From a virus: a stretch of DNA of 64,000 bases. Positions 10,730 through 19,270 of this stretch are shown one piece after another. Location of the stretch: the IMG/VR virus record IMGVR_UViG_3300025138_000014, positions 64,001-128,000 of that record. One strand, 5' to 3'. Every line of letters starts with the position of its first letter. The first letter of the stretch is position 1. The position numbers were made by a program, and so were the translations under genes. Below the pieces are notes generated by a model that was not told the origin of the DNA, ran no database searches, and saw only the letters and a list, made by a program, of their open reading frames with translations.

Positions 10730-10757
10730 GGGGGGGCTTCGGCCCTCCCTTTTTTTT
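10730..10757 (+). terminator. Rho-independent terminator after gp23
   Basis: GGGGGGGC-TTCG-GCCCTCCC followed by T8. Confidence 0.9.
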
Positions 10758-10778
10758 GTCTTTTTTTTAAATTAGGGG

Positions 10779-10807
10779 TTTACATACTATATTGGATAAG
10801 TTATAAC
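10779..10807 (+). promoter_or_regulatory. Early (sigma70-type) promoter
   Basis: TTTACA-N17-TATAAC; the same geometry recurs throughout the window. Confidence 0.8.
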
Positions 10808-10847
10808 TATCATATCAGAAACATAACTTAGATAAGGAAGAGTACAA

Positions 10848-11030
10848 ATGCAACAGTTATTTAATGTAGAAGTAGACGGCGTTGACCTTCAGGACTATCC
10901 GAAATTTTGTGATGCATATATTAGTTTTGCGGAAGACAACTGGGGAGTACCACTTACAGAACTAGAACTAGATGCTGTAAATGAAGACCCGCAGCTTGTC
11001 TGGGAATATGTGTTTGCAGATTTATATTAA
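10848..11030 (+). CDS. Small acidic early protein
   Basis: Own promoter and AAGGA SD; about 14 D/E versus 1 K in 60 aa. Confidence 0.7.
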   Translation: MQQLFNVEVDGVDLQDYPKFCDAYISFAEDNWGVPLTELELDAVNEDPQLVWEYVFADLY

Positions 11031-11058
11031 AAAAAATGGCTGTAAGCAATTTTAGTTG

Positions 11059-11087
11059 TTTACAGCCTAACAAAAGTCTGCTATAAC
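11059..11087 (+). promoter_or_regulatory. Early promoter
   Basis: TTTACA-N17-TATAAC. Confidence 0.8.
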
Positions 11088-11119
11088 CATTATATCGAAA
11101 CCAAACTGGAGATAATATT

Positions 11120-11404
11120 ATGATTAATCACGTCACTCGCCACGAATACCAAGGACAAAATGCAGCTAATCTGATGGCTCTTGGATTTGATGAGACAGAT
11201 GAATTTGTAACATTTAAGCAGGCTATCAAGCTGCCAGGACTCAATGGTAAACTTCTAAAAGGTATCAAGTCTAAAGCAACTCTCGTGCGTTATAGCCGAG
11301 TTGAGAAAGTGCAAGACGAAACGGGGAAGCAAACTCCTAAGCCTATCTACTTTGCAGTGTTTCACATCCTCGATGTTCTAGCACGTCGGCCAAAAGAAAT
11401 ATAA
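11120..11404 (+). CDS. ArdC-like ssDNA-binding (antirestriction N-terminal) domain protein
   Basis: N..T...YQGQN...L, FVTFKQA, KG.K, F.VF pattern matches the ArdC/DUF1738 N-domain; GGAG SD. Confidence 0.65.
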   Translation: MINHVTRHEYQGQNAANLMALGFDETDEFVTFKQAIKLPGLNGKLLKGIKSKATLVRYSRVEKVQDETGKQTPKPIYFAVFHILDVLARRPKEI

Positions 11405-11423
11405 AAAAAGATTGCTGGAGGGG

Positions 11424-11452
11424 TTTACATCTCTTCCAGTATCTGTTATAAC
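11424..11452 (+). promoter_or_regulatory. Early promoter
   Basis: TTTACA-N17-TATAAC. Confidence 0.8.
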
Positions 11453-11476
11453 TAATTAACAGAAGCAAACTAGAAA

Positions 11477-11713
11477 GTGAATACAATGATTATAGTTCAA
11501 GATATCCAAGATGCAATGATGATGCAAAAGAAACTAGGAAGCATTATCCGCCGCTCAGTAAATAGCAATAAAACATTGAAAGATGTACAAGTTGAGTTAC
11601 TGATGCTTGTTGAAGACCTCGGTAAGAATATCGAACGGTTAGATGCAGAGATAGATAAAGAGATTGAAGCACAATGGACACTCATTGAAAAGCACAACAA
11701 AGTAGAAGCATAA
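11477..11713 (+). CDS. Hypothetical coiled-coil protein
   Basis: ORF directly downstream of an early promoter. Confidence 0.6.
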   Translation: MNTMIIVQDIQDAMMMQKKLGSIIRRSVNSNKTLKDVQVELLMLVEDLGKNIERLDAEIDKEIEAQWTLIEKHNKVEA

Positions 11714-11796
11714 TGAAAAACTGGCTCTTTGCAACACTAAGCACTACAATGTCTTTTATAGTTGTAGTTGCTTTAATAACATACTACATGAATTAA
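11713..11796 (+). CDS. 27-aa single-TM peptide (not in ORF track)
   Basis: TAATG overlap with upstream ORF; MKNWLFATLSTTMSFIVVVALITYYMN; ends just before a terminator. Confidence 0.45.
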   Translation: MKNWLFATLSTTMSFIVVVALITYYMN

Positions 11797-11799
11797 TCT

Positions 11800-11826
11800 A
11801 AGGACTCTTCGGAGTCCTTTTTATTT
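11800..11826 (+). terminator. Rho-independent terminator
   Basis: AAGGACTC-TTCG-GAGTCCTT plus T-rich tail. Confidence 0.9.
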
Positions 11827-11830
11827 GCGT

Positions 11831-11858
11831 TATAAATACTTCTGTAATAAGGAAGTAT
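11831..11858 (+). promoter_or_regulatory. Late promoter overlapped by an SD-sequestering hairpin for gp3
   Basis: TATAAATA 11831-11838; ATACTTCT (11836-43) pairs with GGAAGTAT (11851-58), which overlaps the AAGGAAG SD. Confidence 0.7.
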
Positions 11859-11863
11859 GAATA

Positions 11864-12376
11864 ATGGCTGATCTAACAAAAAACATGAATTTCTTACAAC
11901 CCACTGGATTCAAGGTTGTAATTGATCGAAAAAATTACCCTAACTTAGAATACTTTGTACAGAGTACAAACCTTCCTGGCGTGTCTAGTCCAGCAGTTGA
12001 AATCGGTTACCCGAGAGCAAATATTCATATGACTGGTGGTCAATTAGATTATGATGAAATTACCATGGACATTATTTTAGATGAAAATATGGATGCATAT
12101 ACCGAAATGTATTCATGGATGGAAAGAAATGCTGAAACAAAGCAAACAACTTTAATATCTGATATTGGAAAATACAACACTCAAGCAGATGCTCCAACAA
12201 CATCAGATATAACACTTTTGGTTCTATCAAGTCATAATAATAAAACCAAAAAAATTACATATAGAGATTGTATTCCTGTGCAGCTTGGCGCAGTACAACT
12301 TATGTCTAATGTTGCCGATGTTCAGTATATTATATTGCCAGTAACATTCTCTTTTACTTACTTTGAAATTTTATAA
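11864..12376 (+). CDS. gp3: Tail tube terminator/completion protein gp3
   Basis: NFLQPTGF, YFVQSTNLPG, LDENMDAY.E...WM; usual position before uvsY in marine T4-likes. Confidence 0.8.
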   Translation: MADLTKNMNFLQPTGFKVVIDRKNYPNLEYFVQSTNLPGVSSPAVEIGYPRANIHMTGGQLDYDEITMDIILDENMDAYTEMYSWMERNAETKQTTLISDIGKYNTQADAPTTSDITLLVLSSHNNKTKKITYRDCIPVQLGAVQLMSNVADVQYIILPVTFSFTYFEIL

Positions 12377-12392
12377 ATCATGAGGACTTTTT

Positions 12393-12836
12393 ATGACACT
12401 AGAACAGTTATTGGAAATGTGGAAAACTGACTCCGAGATTGATCGGTATAAGTTAGATGAAACTTCACTAAACACTCCCAAGTTACATTCTAAATATTTA
12501 GAAATTCTGAGTATCGCTAAACTTCAGAAGAAGAAAGCTGAGCACTCACAGAAAAAATTGCTAAAGAAAAAATGGCTTTACTATAACGGGAAGCTAACTA
12601 AAGATGATATAGAAGAATTGGGTTGGGAATATGATCCATTTCAAGGACTTAAAGTTCTAAAAGGTGAAATGGAATACTACTATAATTCAGATATAGATAT
12701 TCAGAAGTCAGAAGAAAAATGCGAGTATCATAAAGTTTTTGTTGAAACAGCAACTGAAATAGTAACAAATTTAAATTGGAGACACCAGACAGTTGGTAAT
12801 ATTATTAAATGGAGGCAGTTCGAAGCGGGCGGCTAA
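12393..12836 (+). CDS. uvsY: Recombination mediator UvsY
   Basis: W..DSEID, PKLHSKYL, WLYYNGK, I.W..FEAG. Confidence 0.9.
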   Translation: MTLEQLLEMWKTDSEIDRYKLDETSLNTPKLHSKYLEILSIAKLQKKKAEHSQKKLLKKKWLYYNGKLTKDDIEELGWEYDPFQGLKVLKGEMEYYYNSDIDIQKSEEKCEYHKVFVETATEIVTNLNWRHQTVGNIIKWRQFEAGG

Positions 12837-12841
12837 ACCAA

Positions 12842-14353
12842 GTGGATAAAATTGTAATACAAAAACGTAATCAGTCAGTAATGAATGTTATATCAGATTA
12901 TGGAGTTATGAATGAGTTATCCGATCATTTCTCATTTTTCGTGCCAGGTTATAAATTCATGCCAGCTTTCCGAAATAAAGTTTGGGATGGTAAGATTAGA
13001 TTGTTTAATGCTCAGTCAGGCGAGTTGCCTGTAGGGCTATACCCATACGTTCAAGAGTTTGCTAAGCCTCGGGGCTATCATGTTGAAGTTGAGCATGATG
13101 CTATGTATGGTCGACCAGATTCAACCAATGATGTAGATCCTAAAGAATTGAATGCATTCATTGAGTCACTTAATCTCAGATCAAGAGGGACTAGAATTGG
13201 ACCAAGAGATTATCAGGTTGAAGCAATCGCAGAGGGCATTCACAGAAAAAGAGCAATTCTATTAAGCCCGACTGGTTCTGGTAAATCACTTATCATCTAT
13301 GTACTTCTCAGATGGTTGCTAGAAAAGACAAATAAAAAATTATTAATTATTGTACCAACTACAAGTTTGGTTCAGCAGATGTATACAGATTTTGAAGATT
13401 ACTCAAGCGCTGACGAAGACTGGTTTGTAGAAGATGAGTGCCACAGGATTTACTCTGGTAGACCTAAAAAGATGGATGAGCGGGTAGTTATCTCAACTTG
13501 GCAATCTGTCTATAAGTTACCAGGGGTTTGGTTTGAACAATTCTGTGGTGTATTTGGTGACGAGTGCCATGGATTTAAATCTAAGTCACTTACATCAATT
13601 ATGAATAAATCTAGGGAAGCTGAATATAGATTTGGTACGACTGGTACATTAGACGGGACTCAAACTCATAAGCTAGTATTAGAAGGTCACTTTGGTAAAA
13701 TTTATAATGTAACAACTACTCGGAAACTCCAAGACAAAGGAACACTAGCAGCACTCGATATTAAAATTCTTTTGCTAAAATATCCAGAAGAAATTTGTCG
13801 TGCTTTAAAGGGAGCAGAATATCAAGCTGAGATTGATTTCATTGTAAAGAATGAAGCACGAAACAAACTCATTACTAATTTAACAGTTGACCAAGATGGT
13901 AACACATTGGTGCTATATCAATTTGTAGAAAAGCACGGCAAACCACTCTATGATATGATCAAAGCAAAAGCGCACGAGAAAAGAAAAGTGTTCTTTGTAT
14001 CTGGTTCAGTAGAAGCATCAGATAGGGAGCAAATCAGAAAGATTGTAGAGAAACAAAAAAATGCTATTATCGTTGCCAGCCTAGGTACATTTTCTACTGG
14101 TATAAATATAAGAAATCTACACAATATAGTTTTTGCTTCCCCATCTAAATCTCAAATAAAAATACTTCAGTCAATAGGTAGAGGTTTAAGAAAGTCAGAC
14201 AATGATGTAACGACTAAACTATTTGATGTGGCAGACGATCTACATTGGAAAAGCAAGAAGAATTATACGCTAGTACATTCCGCCGAACGAATTAAGATAT
14301 ATGCTAAAGAAAACTTTAAATATAAAATTTATGAGATAGAGTTAAAAATATGA
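12842..14353 (+). CDS. uvsW: SF2 RNA-DNA/DNA helicase UvsW
   Basis: WDGKIRLF, SPTGSGKS, DECH, GTTGT, QSIGRGLR. Confidence 0.95.
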   Translation: MDKIVIQKRNQSVMNVISDYGVMNELSDHFSFFVPGYKFMPAFRNKVWDGKIRLFNAQSGELPVGLYPYVQEFAKPRGYHVEVEHDAMYGRPDSTNDVDPKELNAFIESLNLRSRGTRIGPRDYQVEAIAEGIHRKRAILLSPTGSGKSLIIYVLLRWLLEKTNKKLLIIVPTTSLVQQMYTDFEDYSSADEDWFVEDECHRIYSGRPKKMDERVVISTWQSVYKLPGVWFEQFCGVFGDECHGFKSKSLTSIMNKSREAEYRFGTTGTLDGTQTHKLVLEGHFGKIYNVTTTRKLQDKGTLAALDIKILLLKYPEEICRALKGAEYQAEIDFIVKNEARNKLITNLTVDQDGNTLVLYQFVEKHGKPLYDMIKAKAHEKRKVFFVSGSVEASDREQIRKIVEKQKNAIIVASLGTFSTGINIRNLHNIVFASPSKSQIKILQSIGRGLRKSDNDVTTKLFDVADDLHWKSKKNYTLVHSAERIKIYAKENFKYKIYEIELKI

Positions 14354-14733
14354 GTGAAATTAAACAGTTTAGATTAACAGACGGATCCGAGATCATATGC
14401 GAAGTTCTCGAATGGAATGATGACGCCACTGACCAAATAGTAATTAGAAATGCTTTAGAGATTATTTGGATGCAAAGAGGAGATAACAGGATGTGTACTT
14501 ATCGTCCATGGTTATTTCAACAGATTAGAGAAAATAGCATTTCTTGTATTACCTCTGGTCACATTATGGCCGAGAGTACACCAACAGATGAAGCTGTAGA
14601 TCAGTGGAAAGAAACCATTGACTACTTTCAAGAAAAGCCAGAGGATGAATCTACAAGTAGTTTAATGGATTCCGATACAATACCAGATGAAAACAATCTA
14701 ATATATTTGAAGCCTAAACCGGGGATTCACTGA
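14350..14733 (+). CDS. Conserved T4-like hypothetical between uvsW and gp55 (possible Sm-like fold)
   Basis: IKQFRLTDGSEIICEV pattern; synteny. Confidence 0.6.
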   Translation: MSEIKQFRLTDGSEIICEVLEWNDDATDQIVIRNALEIIWMQRGDNRMCTYRPWLFQQIRENSISCITSGHIMAESTPTDEAVDQWKETIDYFQEKPEDESTSSLMDSDTIPDENNLIYLKPKPGIH

Positions 14734-14773
14734 TTTGGACATACTATCTCTCCATCCCCAAAATGCTTAATTT

Positions 14774-14802
14774 ATTATACTAACATTTCTCTGTCCTGTA
14801 AA
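14774..14802 (-). promoter_or_regulatory. Antisense early-type promoter
   Basis: Minus strand reads GTG-TTTACA-N17-TATAAT, a perfect match to the phage early consensus; points back into 14350-14733 and uvsW. Confidence 0.7.
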
Positions 14803-14835
14803 CACCTAATATCGCCAAAACAGAAAATAATTTAC

Positions 14836-14864
14836 TTTACTTTCCCAGCCAAATGATTTATAAT
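14836..14864 (+). promoter_or_regulatory. Early promoter for gp55-gp47-gp46
   Basis: TTTACT-N17-TATAAT with TG upstream of -10. Confidence 0.7.
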
Positions 14865-14884
14865 TAACCAATAAGGAGTGAATA

Positions 14885-15478
14885 ATGGCTAAAACTAAAA
14901 AGCGTAGTATTCACTATGTAAACAACAAAGACTTCTCATATGCTGTAGTTGACTATTGTACAGAACTAAAACAAGCAAAAGAAAATGAGTCTGCACTACC
15001 CATTGTTCCAGATTACATAGCTGAATGTTTCTTAAAAATTTCTGAAGGTCTTTCTCATAAGTCCAATTTTATCAGATACACATATCGTGAAGAAATGGTT
15101 ATGGATGCAGTTGAAAACTGTCTCAAAGCCATTGAGAATTATAATATCGAAGCTGCTACACGTACGGGTAAACCAAATGCTTTTGCATACTTTACTCAAA
15201 TTAGTTGGTATGCATTCCTCAGGAGAATTGCTAAAGAAAAACGGCAACAAGAAATTAAATTTAAATATATGGTTTCCTCTGGTATTGATGCTTTCTTGGA
15301 TACAAAAAATGGAGATGTTATATCAAATAGTGTCGCAACAAACTTTATTGATGGTCTTAAAGACAGAATTGAAAAGATTAAAGAAAAAGATGTTGTTGTA
15401 AAAGAACTTGTAAAAGCAGAGAAAAAGAAAAGAAGAACCAAGTCAGCAGACTCGGATTTGACAGATTTTATAAAATGA
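14885..15478 (+). CDS. gp55: Late sigma factor gp55
   Basis: HYVNNKDF, YIAECFLKI, NFIRYTYREEMVMDAVENC, NAFAYFTQI..AFLRRI.KEK. Confidence 0.95.
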   Translation: MAKTKKRSIHYVNNKDFSYAVVDYCTELKQAKENESALPIVPDYIAECFLKISEGLSHKSNFIRYTYREEMVMDAVENCLKAIENYNIEAATRTGKPNAFAYFTQISWYAFLRRIAKEKRQQEIKFKYMVSSGIDAFLDTKNGDVISNSVATNFIDGLKDRIEKIKEKDVVVKELVKAEKKKRRTKSADSDLTDFIK

Positions 15479-15487
15479 GAAATATAT

Positions 15488-16549
15488 ATGAAAATAGCTA
15501 TATTAAATGATACGCATGCAGGTATAAGAAATGCGAGTGAAATATTTTTAAACAATGCAGACAAATTCTACTCTGAACTATTCTTTCCATATTTATTAAA
15601 AAATGATATCAAACATATTGTCCATCTAGGAGATATATTTGATCAGAGAAAATTTGTTAACTTTAAAGTGATTAATAAATTCCGTAAATGCTTTCTCAGT
15701 AAGTTAAGAGAATACAAAATCACTATGGATGTTATCCCTGGTAATCACGATGTGTTTTTTAAGAACACAAATGATCTAAACAGCTTGAAAGAGTTACTAG
15801 GTCATTACATGAATGAAGTCAACATTGTTATGGAGCCTAAAGTATTAGAATATGGCTCATTAAAAATGGGCTTAATTCCGTGGATGAATCAAGAGAATAC
15901 TGATACAACTATGGAGTTTATCAGGACTTGTAAAGCAGATATTCTGGGCGGCCATTTTGAGTTTAATGGCTTTGATATGATGCGAGGGATTAAAAATAAT
16001 CACGGAATGGATCATAAACTCTTCAAGAGATTTGAAGCAGTTTATTCTGGACACTTCCATACAAAATCACAAATAGATAATGTAATGTATCTTGGTACTC
16101 AGATGGAATTTTTCTGGTCTGATGCTCATGATAGAAAACACTTTCATGTTCTTGATTCTGAGAGCAGAGAACTAACAGCTATTGAAAACCCGCATACTTT
16201 ATATGAAAAAATTATTTATGATGACAAAGATAGGTCTTACTCTGATTATCCAGTAGATCATTTAGATGAAAAGTTTGTAAAAATAGTTGTAATTAATAAG
16301 CAAGACCTCTTTACATTTGATCGTTTTGTTGATAGAATACAGAATAGGAATATACATGAACTAAAGATTGCAGAAAACTTTGAAGAGTTTGTTGGTAATA
16401 AAGTTGAAGATTCATCAATCTCGGTCGAAGATACTAGTGAATTATTAGATAGTTATATTGAAAGTGTAGATACCACATTGGATAAAGAATTATTGAAAGG
16501 TGAAATGAGAGCACTTCTTACTGAAGCGCAGTCTCTTGAAATTGCATGA
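15488..16549 (+). CDS. gp47: Recombination nuclease gp47 (Mre11/SbcD-like)
   Basis: DTH, HLGD.FD, GNHD, GHFE, SGHFH metallophosphoesterase motifs. Confidence 0.95.
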   Translation: MKIAILNDTHAGIRNASEIFLNNADKFYSELFFPYLLKNDIKHIVHLGDIFDQRKFVNFKVINKFRKCFLSKLREYKITMDVIPGNHDVFFKNTNDLNSLKELLGHYMNEVNIVMEPKVLEYGSLKMGLIPWMNQENTDTTMEFIRTCKADILGGHFEFNGFDMMRGIKNNHGMDHKLFKRFEAVYSGHFHTKSQIDNVMYLGTQMEFFWSDAHDRKHFHVLDSESRELTAIENPHTLYEKIIYDDKDRSYSDYPVDHLDEKFVKIVVINKQDLFTFDRFVDRIQNRNIHELKIAENFEEFVGNKVEDSSISVEDTSELLDSYIESVDTTLDKELLKGEMRALLTEAQSLEIA

Positions 16550-18258
16550 TTGTATTTAAATTATTACGATATAAAAACTTTCTCTCGACGGGTAACAGTT
16601 GGACGGAAGTTGATCTGAACCAGCATAGAACCACCTTAGTTATTGGTGATAATGGTTCTGGTAAATCAACTATGTTAGATGCTTTATCATTTACATTGTT
16701 TGGAAAACCACATAGAAATATTAACAAACATCAACTGGTCAATTCTATTAACAATAAAGATTGTGAAGTGGAAGTTACGTTTTCTGTTGGAATGAATGAG
16801 TTTAAAGTTTCTCGTGGAATTAAACCTGCCAAGTTTGAGATATTGAAAAACGGTGTTCTGATTAATCAAAACTCCCATGCTAAAGAGTACCAGAAAATTC
16901 TTGAGCAGAATATAATCAAATTAAATCATAAATCATTCCACCAGATTGTGGTACTTGGTTCATCTTCCTTTATTCCTTTCATGCAACTACCTGGCGGTCA
17001 CAGACGTGATGTGATTGAAGACCTATTAGACATTAACGTGTTCTCCAAGATGAATCATTTACTCAAAGAGAAAACAGCTATTGTAAAAAATAAACTACAA
17101 GACATTAAATACAATATTGAAATCTTGGATAACAAGATTAAAACTCAATCTAAATATATTAAAGATGTTAAAATATTAACGGAGTCAAACGTTGCCTCAA
17201 AACAATCGACGATTACGACCAATCAATCTGAGATCATTGCCTTACAGGAAGTCAACACATCCCTATCGGGCGAGGTTGATGGTAAAAATGATGAGGTGCA
17301 AAAAAGTCTTAAAAAGTACCACGACAAAAAACAAGCGCTCTTACAATACGGTGGGCAGTTCAAAACTCAAACCAACCAAATTACAAAAGAGGCTAAATTT
17401 TACGAAAACAATGAAGATTGCCCAACGTGTTCCCAAAATATTAGTTCAGAACTTAGAGAAACAAAGTTGGCAGCCTCTCGGTCTAAAGCCAAAGAATTGC
17501 AAACTGCAATGGGTAAGCTCGCTATCCAGCAAGCTGATATTGAAAAGAATATCGAACATGCAGGGATTGCACTTGAGGAACTTAGAGAAAAACAATCAAC
17601 TCTACATAGTAACAATACAGAAATTGATAGGCTACAAAAGCAGATACGAAGTATTGAAAAAGAGTTATCATCAACTGTTGTAGCAGATCTTGATGAAGCA
17701 AGACTTGAACTAGATGCTATGGAGGCAGATAAAAATACTTATCGTGAGGAAAGATTAAAGCAAAATGAGAAGTATAGCATCAATTCAGCAATGTCTGAAA
17801 TGCTTAAAGATACTGGTATTAAAACAAAAATTATTAAAGAGTATCTGCCAGTAATTAATAATCTGGTCAATCAATACTTACAAGTGCTTGACTTCTTTGT
17901 TCACTTTAATCTTGATGAAAGTTTCCAAGAAACTATTAGATCAAGACATAGAGATGCTTTCTCATATGATTCTTTCTCAGAAGGCGAGAAGCAAAGAATT
18001 GATCTATCCTTATTGTTTACCTGGAGAATGATTGCAAAGATGAAAAACTCAGTAGCAACTAATCTGCTACTATTAGATGAAACCTTTGACTCATCATTGG
18101 ATCACGAAGGTGTAGAAAATTTAATGAAAATTCTAAATACACTTGAAGAGGATACTAATGTGTTTGTTATCTCGCATAAAGGAGAGATACTAGACGGCAA
18201 GTTTGAGAACAAGATTGAATTTGTCAAAGAAAAGAATTTTAGCAAACTTGCTAAATAA
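16546..18258 (+). CDS. gp46: Recombination ATPase gp46 (Rad50/SbcC-like)
   Basis: GDNGSGKS, CPTC zinc hook, FSEGEK signature, LLLDE, ISH. Confidence 0.96.
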   Translation: MIVFKLLRYKNFLSTGNSWTEVDLNQHRTTLVIGDNGSGKSTMLDALSFTLFGKPHRNINKHQLVNSINNKDCEVEVTFSVGMNEFKVSRGIKPAKFEILKNGVLINQNSHAKEYQKILEQNIIKLNHKSFHQIVVLGSSSFIPFMQLPGGHRRDVIEDLLDINVFSKMNHLLKEKTAIVKNKLQDIKYNIEILDNKIKTQSKYIKDVKILTESNVASKQSTITTNQSEIIALQEVNTSLSGEVDGKNDEVQKSLKKYHDKKQALLQYGGQFKTQTNQITKEAKFYENNEDCPTCSQNISSELRETKLAASRSKAKELQTAMGKLAIQQADIEKNIEHAGIALEELREKQSTLHSNNTEIDRLQKQIRSIEKELSSTVVADLDEARLELDAMEADKNTYREERLKQNEKYSINSAMSEMLKDTGIKTKIIKEYLPVINNLVNQYLQVLDFFVHFNLDESFQETIRSRHRDAFSYDSFSEGEKQRIDLSLLFTWRMIAKMKNSVATNLLLLDETFDSSLDHEGVENLMKILNTLEEDTNVFVISHKGEILDGKFENKIEFVKEKNFSKLAK

Positions 18259-18261
18259 TGG

Positions 18262-18290
18262 TTTACAATCTCTTCGGATTGTACTATAAT
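18262..18290 (+). promoter_or_regulatory. Early promoter for the clamp/clamp-loader operon
   Basis: TTTACA-N17-TATAAT; spacer forms TACAATC-tcttcg-GATTGTA inverted repeat. Confidence 0.8.
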
Positions 18291-18319
18291 TATTATATTA
18301 TCAAAAATTGGAGTATATT

Positions 18320-18994
18320 ATGCAACTAACAGAAACCACTTTATCTGTTCTAAAAAATTATGCCACAATCAATTCAAATATTGTTATTGATCAAGGCTCT
18401 AAACTTAATACAATCTCAGAAGCTAAAAATGTTATGGCTTCTGTTAATGTCAAAGAAGAATTTCCTAAGAAATTCGGTATCTATGATCTAAATGAATTTC
18501 TCGGTGTTCTTGGCTTGGTAGATGAACCAAACCTAGATTTTACTGATGAATATGTAACAGTCAGCGACTCATCTGGTAGATCAAAAGTTAAGTATTTTTT
18601 CTCAAGTCCTGAAATCTTAACTCAACCTACAAAGACTGTTACTATGCCAGCAGCTGATGTTACCTTTGATCTGGACACAGATACTTTAATGCGTGTTAAA
18701 CGTGCTGCTACAGCACTCGGACATAATGAAGTATCTATTTCTGGAAAAGAAGGTGTAATCACTATTAATGTTGTAGATAATAAAAACTCAACATCAAATG
18801 TTTATTCCATTGATATTGCCGGTGAGTTTGAAATGGAAGAATTTAAGTTTGTCCTTAACATTTCTAATCTAAAAATTATGCCTGGAGACTATGAAGTCAA
18901 GATTTCATCCAAGCTGATTTCAGAATTTACAAATAAAGAAACAGATGCGCAATACTGGATTGCTCTCGAAAAGACATCATCAACAGGAGTATAA
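18320..18994 (+). CDS. gp45: Sliding clamp gp45
   Basis: TLSVLKNYATINSNI, FGIYDLNEFL, PGDYEV, YWIALE. Confidence 0.95.
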   Translation: MQLTETTLSVLKNYATINSNIVIDQGSKLNTISEAKNVMASVNVKEEFPKKFGIYDLNEFLGVLGLVDEPNLDFTDEYVTVSDSSGRSKVKYFFSSPEILTQPTKTVTMPAADVTFDLDTDTLMRVKRAATALGHNEVSISGKEGVITINVVDNKNSTSNVYSIDIAGEFEMEEFKFVLNISNLKIMPGDYEVKISSKLISEFTNKETDAQYWIALEKTSSTGV

Positions 18995-19246
18995 ATGATG
19001 AATAAGAAGAATACAAATACACCACCTATGAGTCAGCCACAACTAAATGAAATGGCTCAAGCTAACAGTGATATGGATGCAGCTTATGCTTTGATGGCTC
19101 AGATGGGCCGAAGCACAATTGCAGTCATTGATGCTATTGTACAACGAGGTGGTTTCAGAGGAGAAGAACTTTCAACAATCGGAGGGCTACGTGATCAATG
19201 TATTCAGGCTATTTCAATGTCTGAAGCATACGAACAAAAAGACTAA
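18995..19246 (+). CDS. Hypothetical protein between gp45 and gp44
   Basis: GGAG SD; IDAIVQRGGFRGEEL helical motif. Confidence 0.65.
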   Translation: MMNKKNTNTPPMSQPQLNEMAQANSDMDAAYALMAQMGRSTIAVIDAIVQRGGFRGEELSTIGGLRDQCIQAISMSEAYEQKD

Positions 19247-19270
19247 ACTGAAACTAAGGAATATTATATA

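Noticed and set aside
14101-14108. TATAAATA inside uvsW (also 21781-21788 in gp62 and 57188-57195 in rnh)
   Set aside because: Explained by Ile-Asn codons in AT-rich coding sequence; may be functional but cannot be supported from sequence alone
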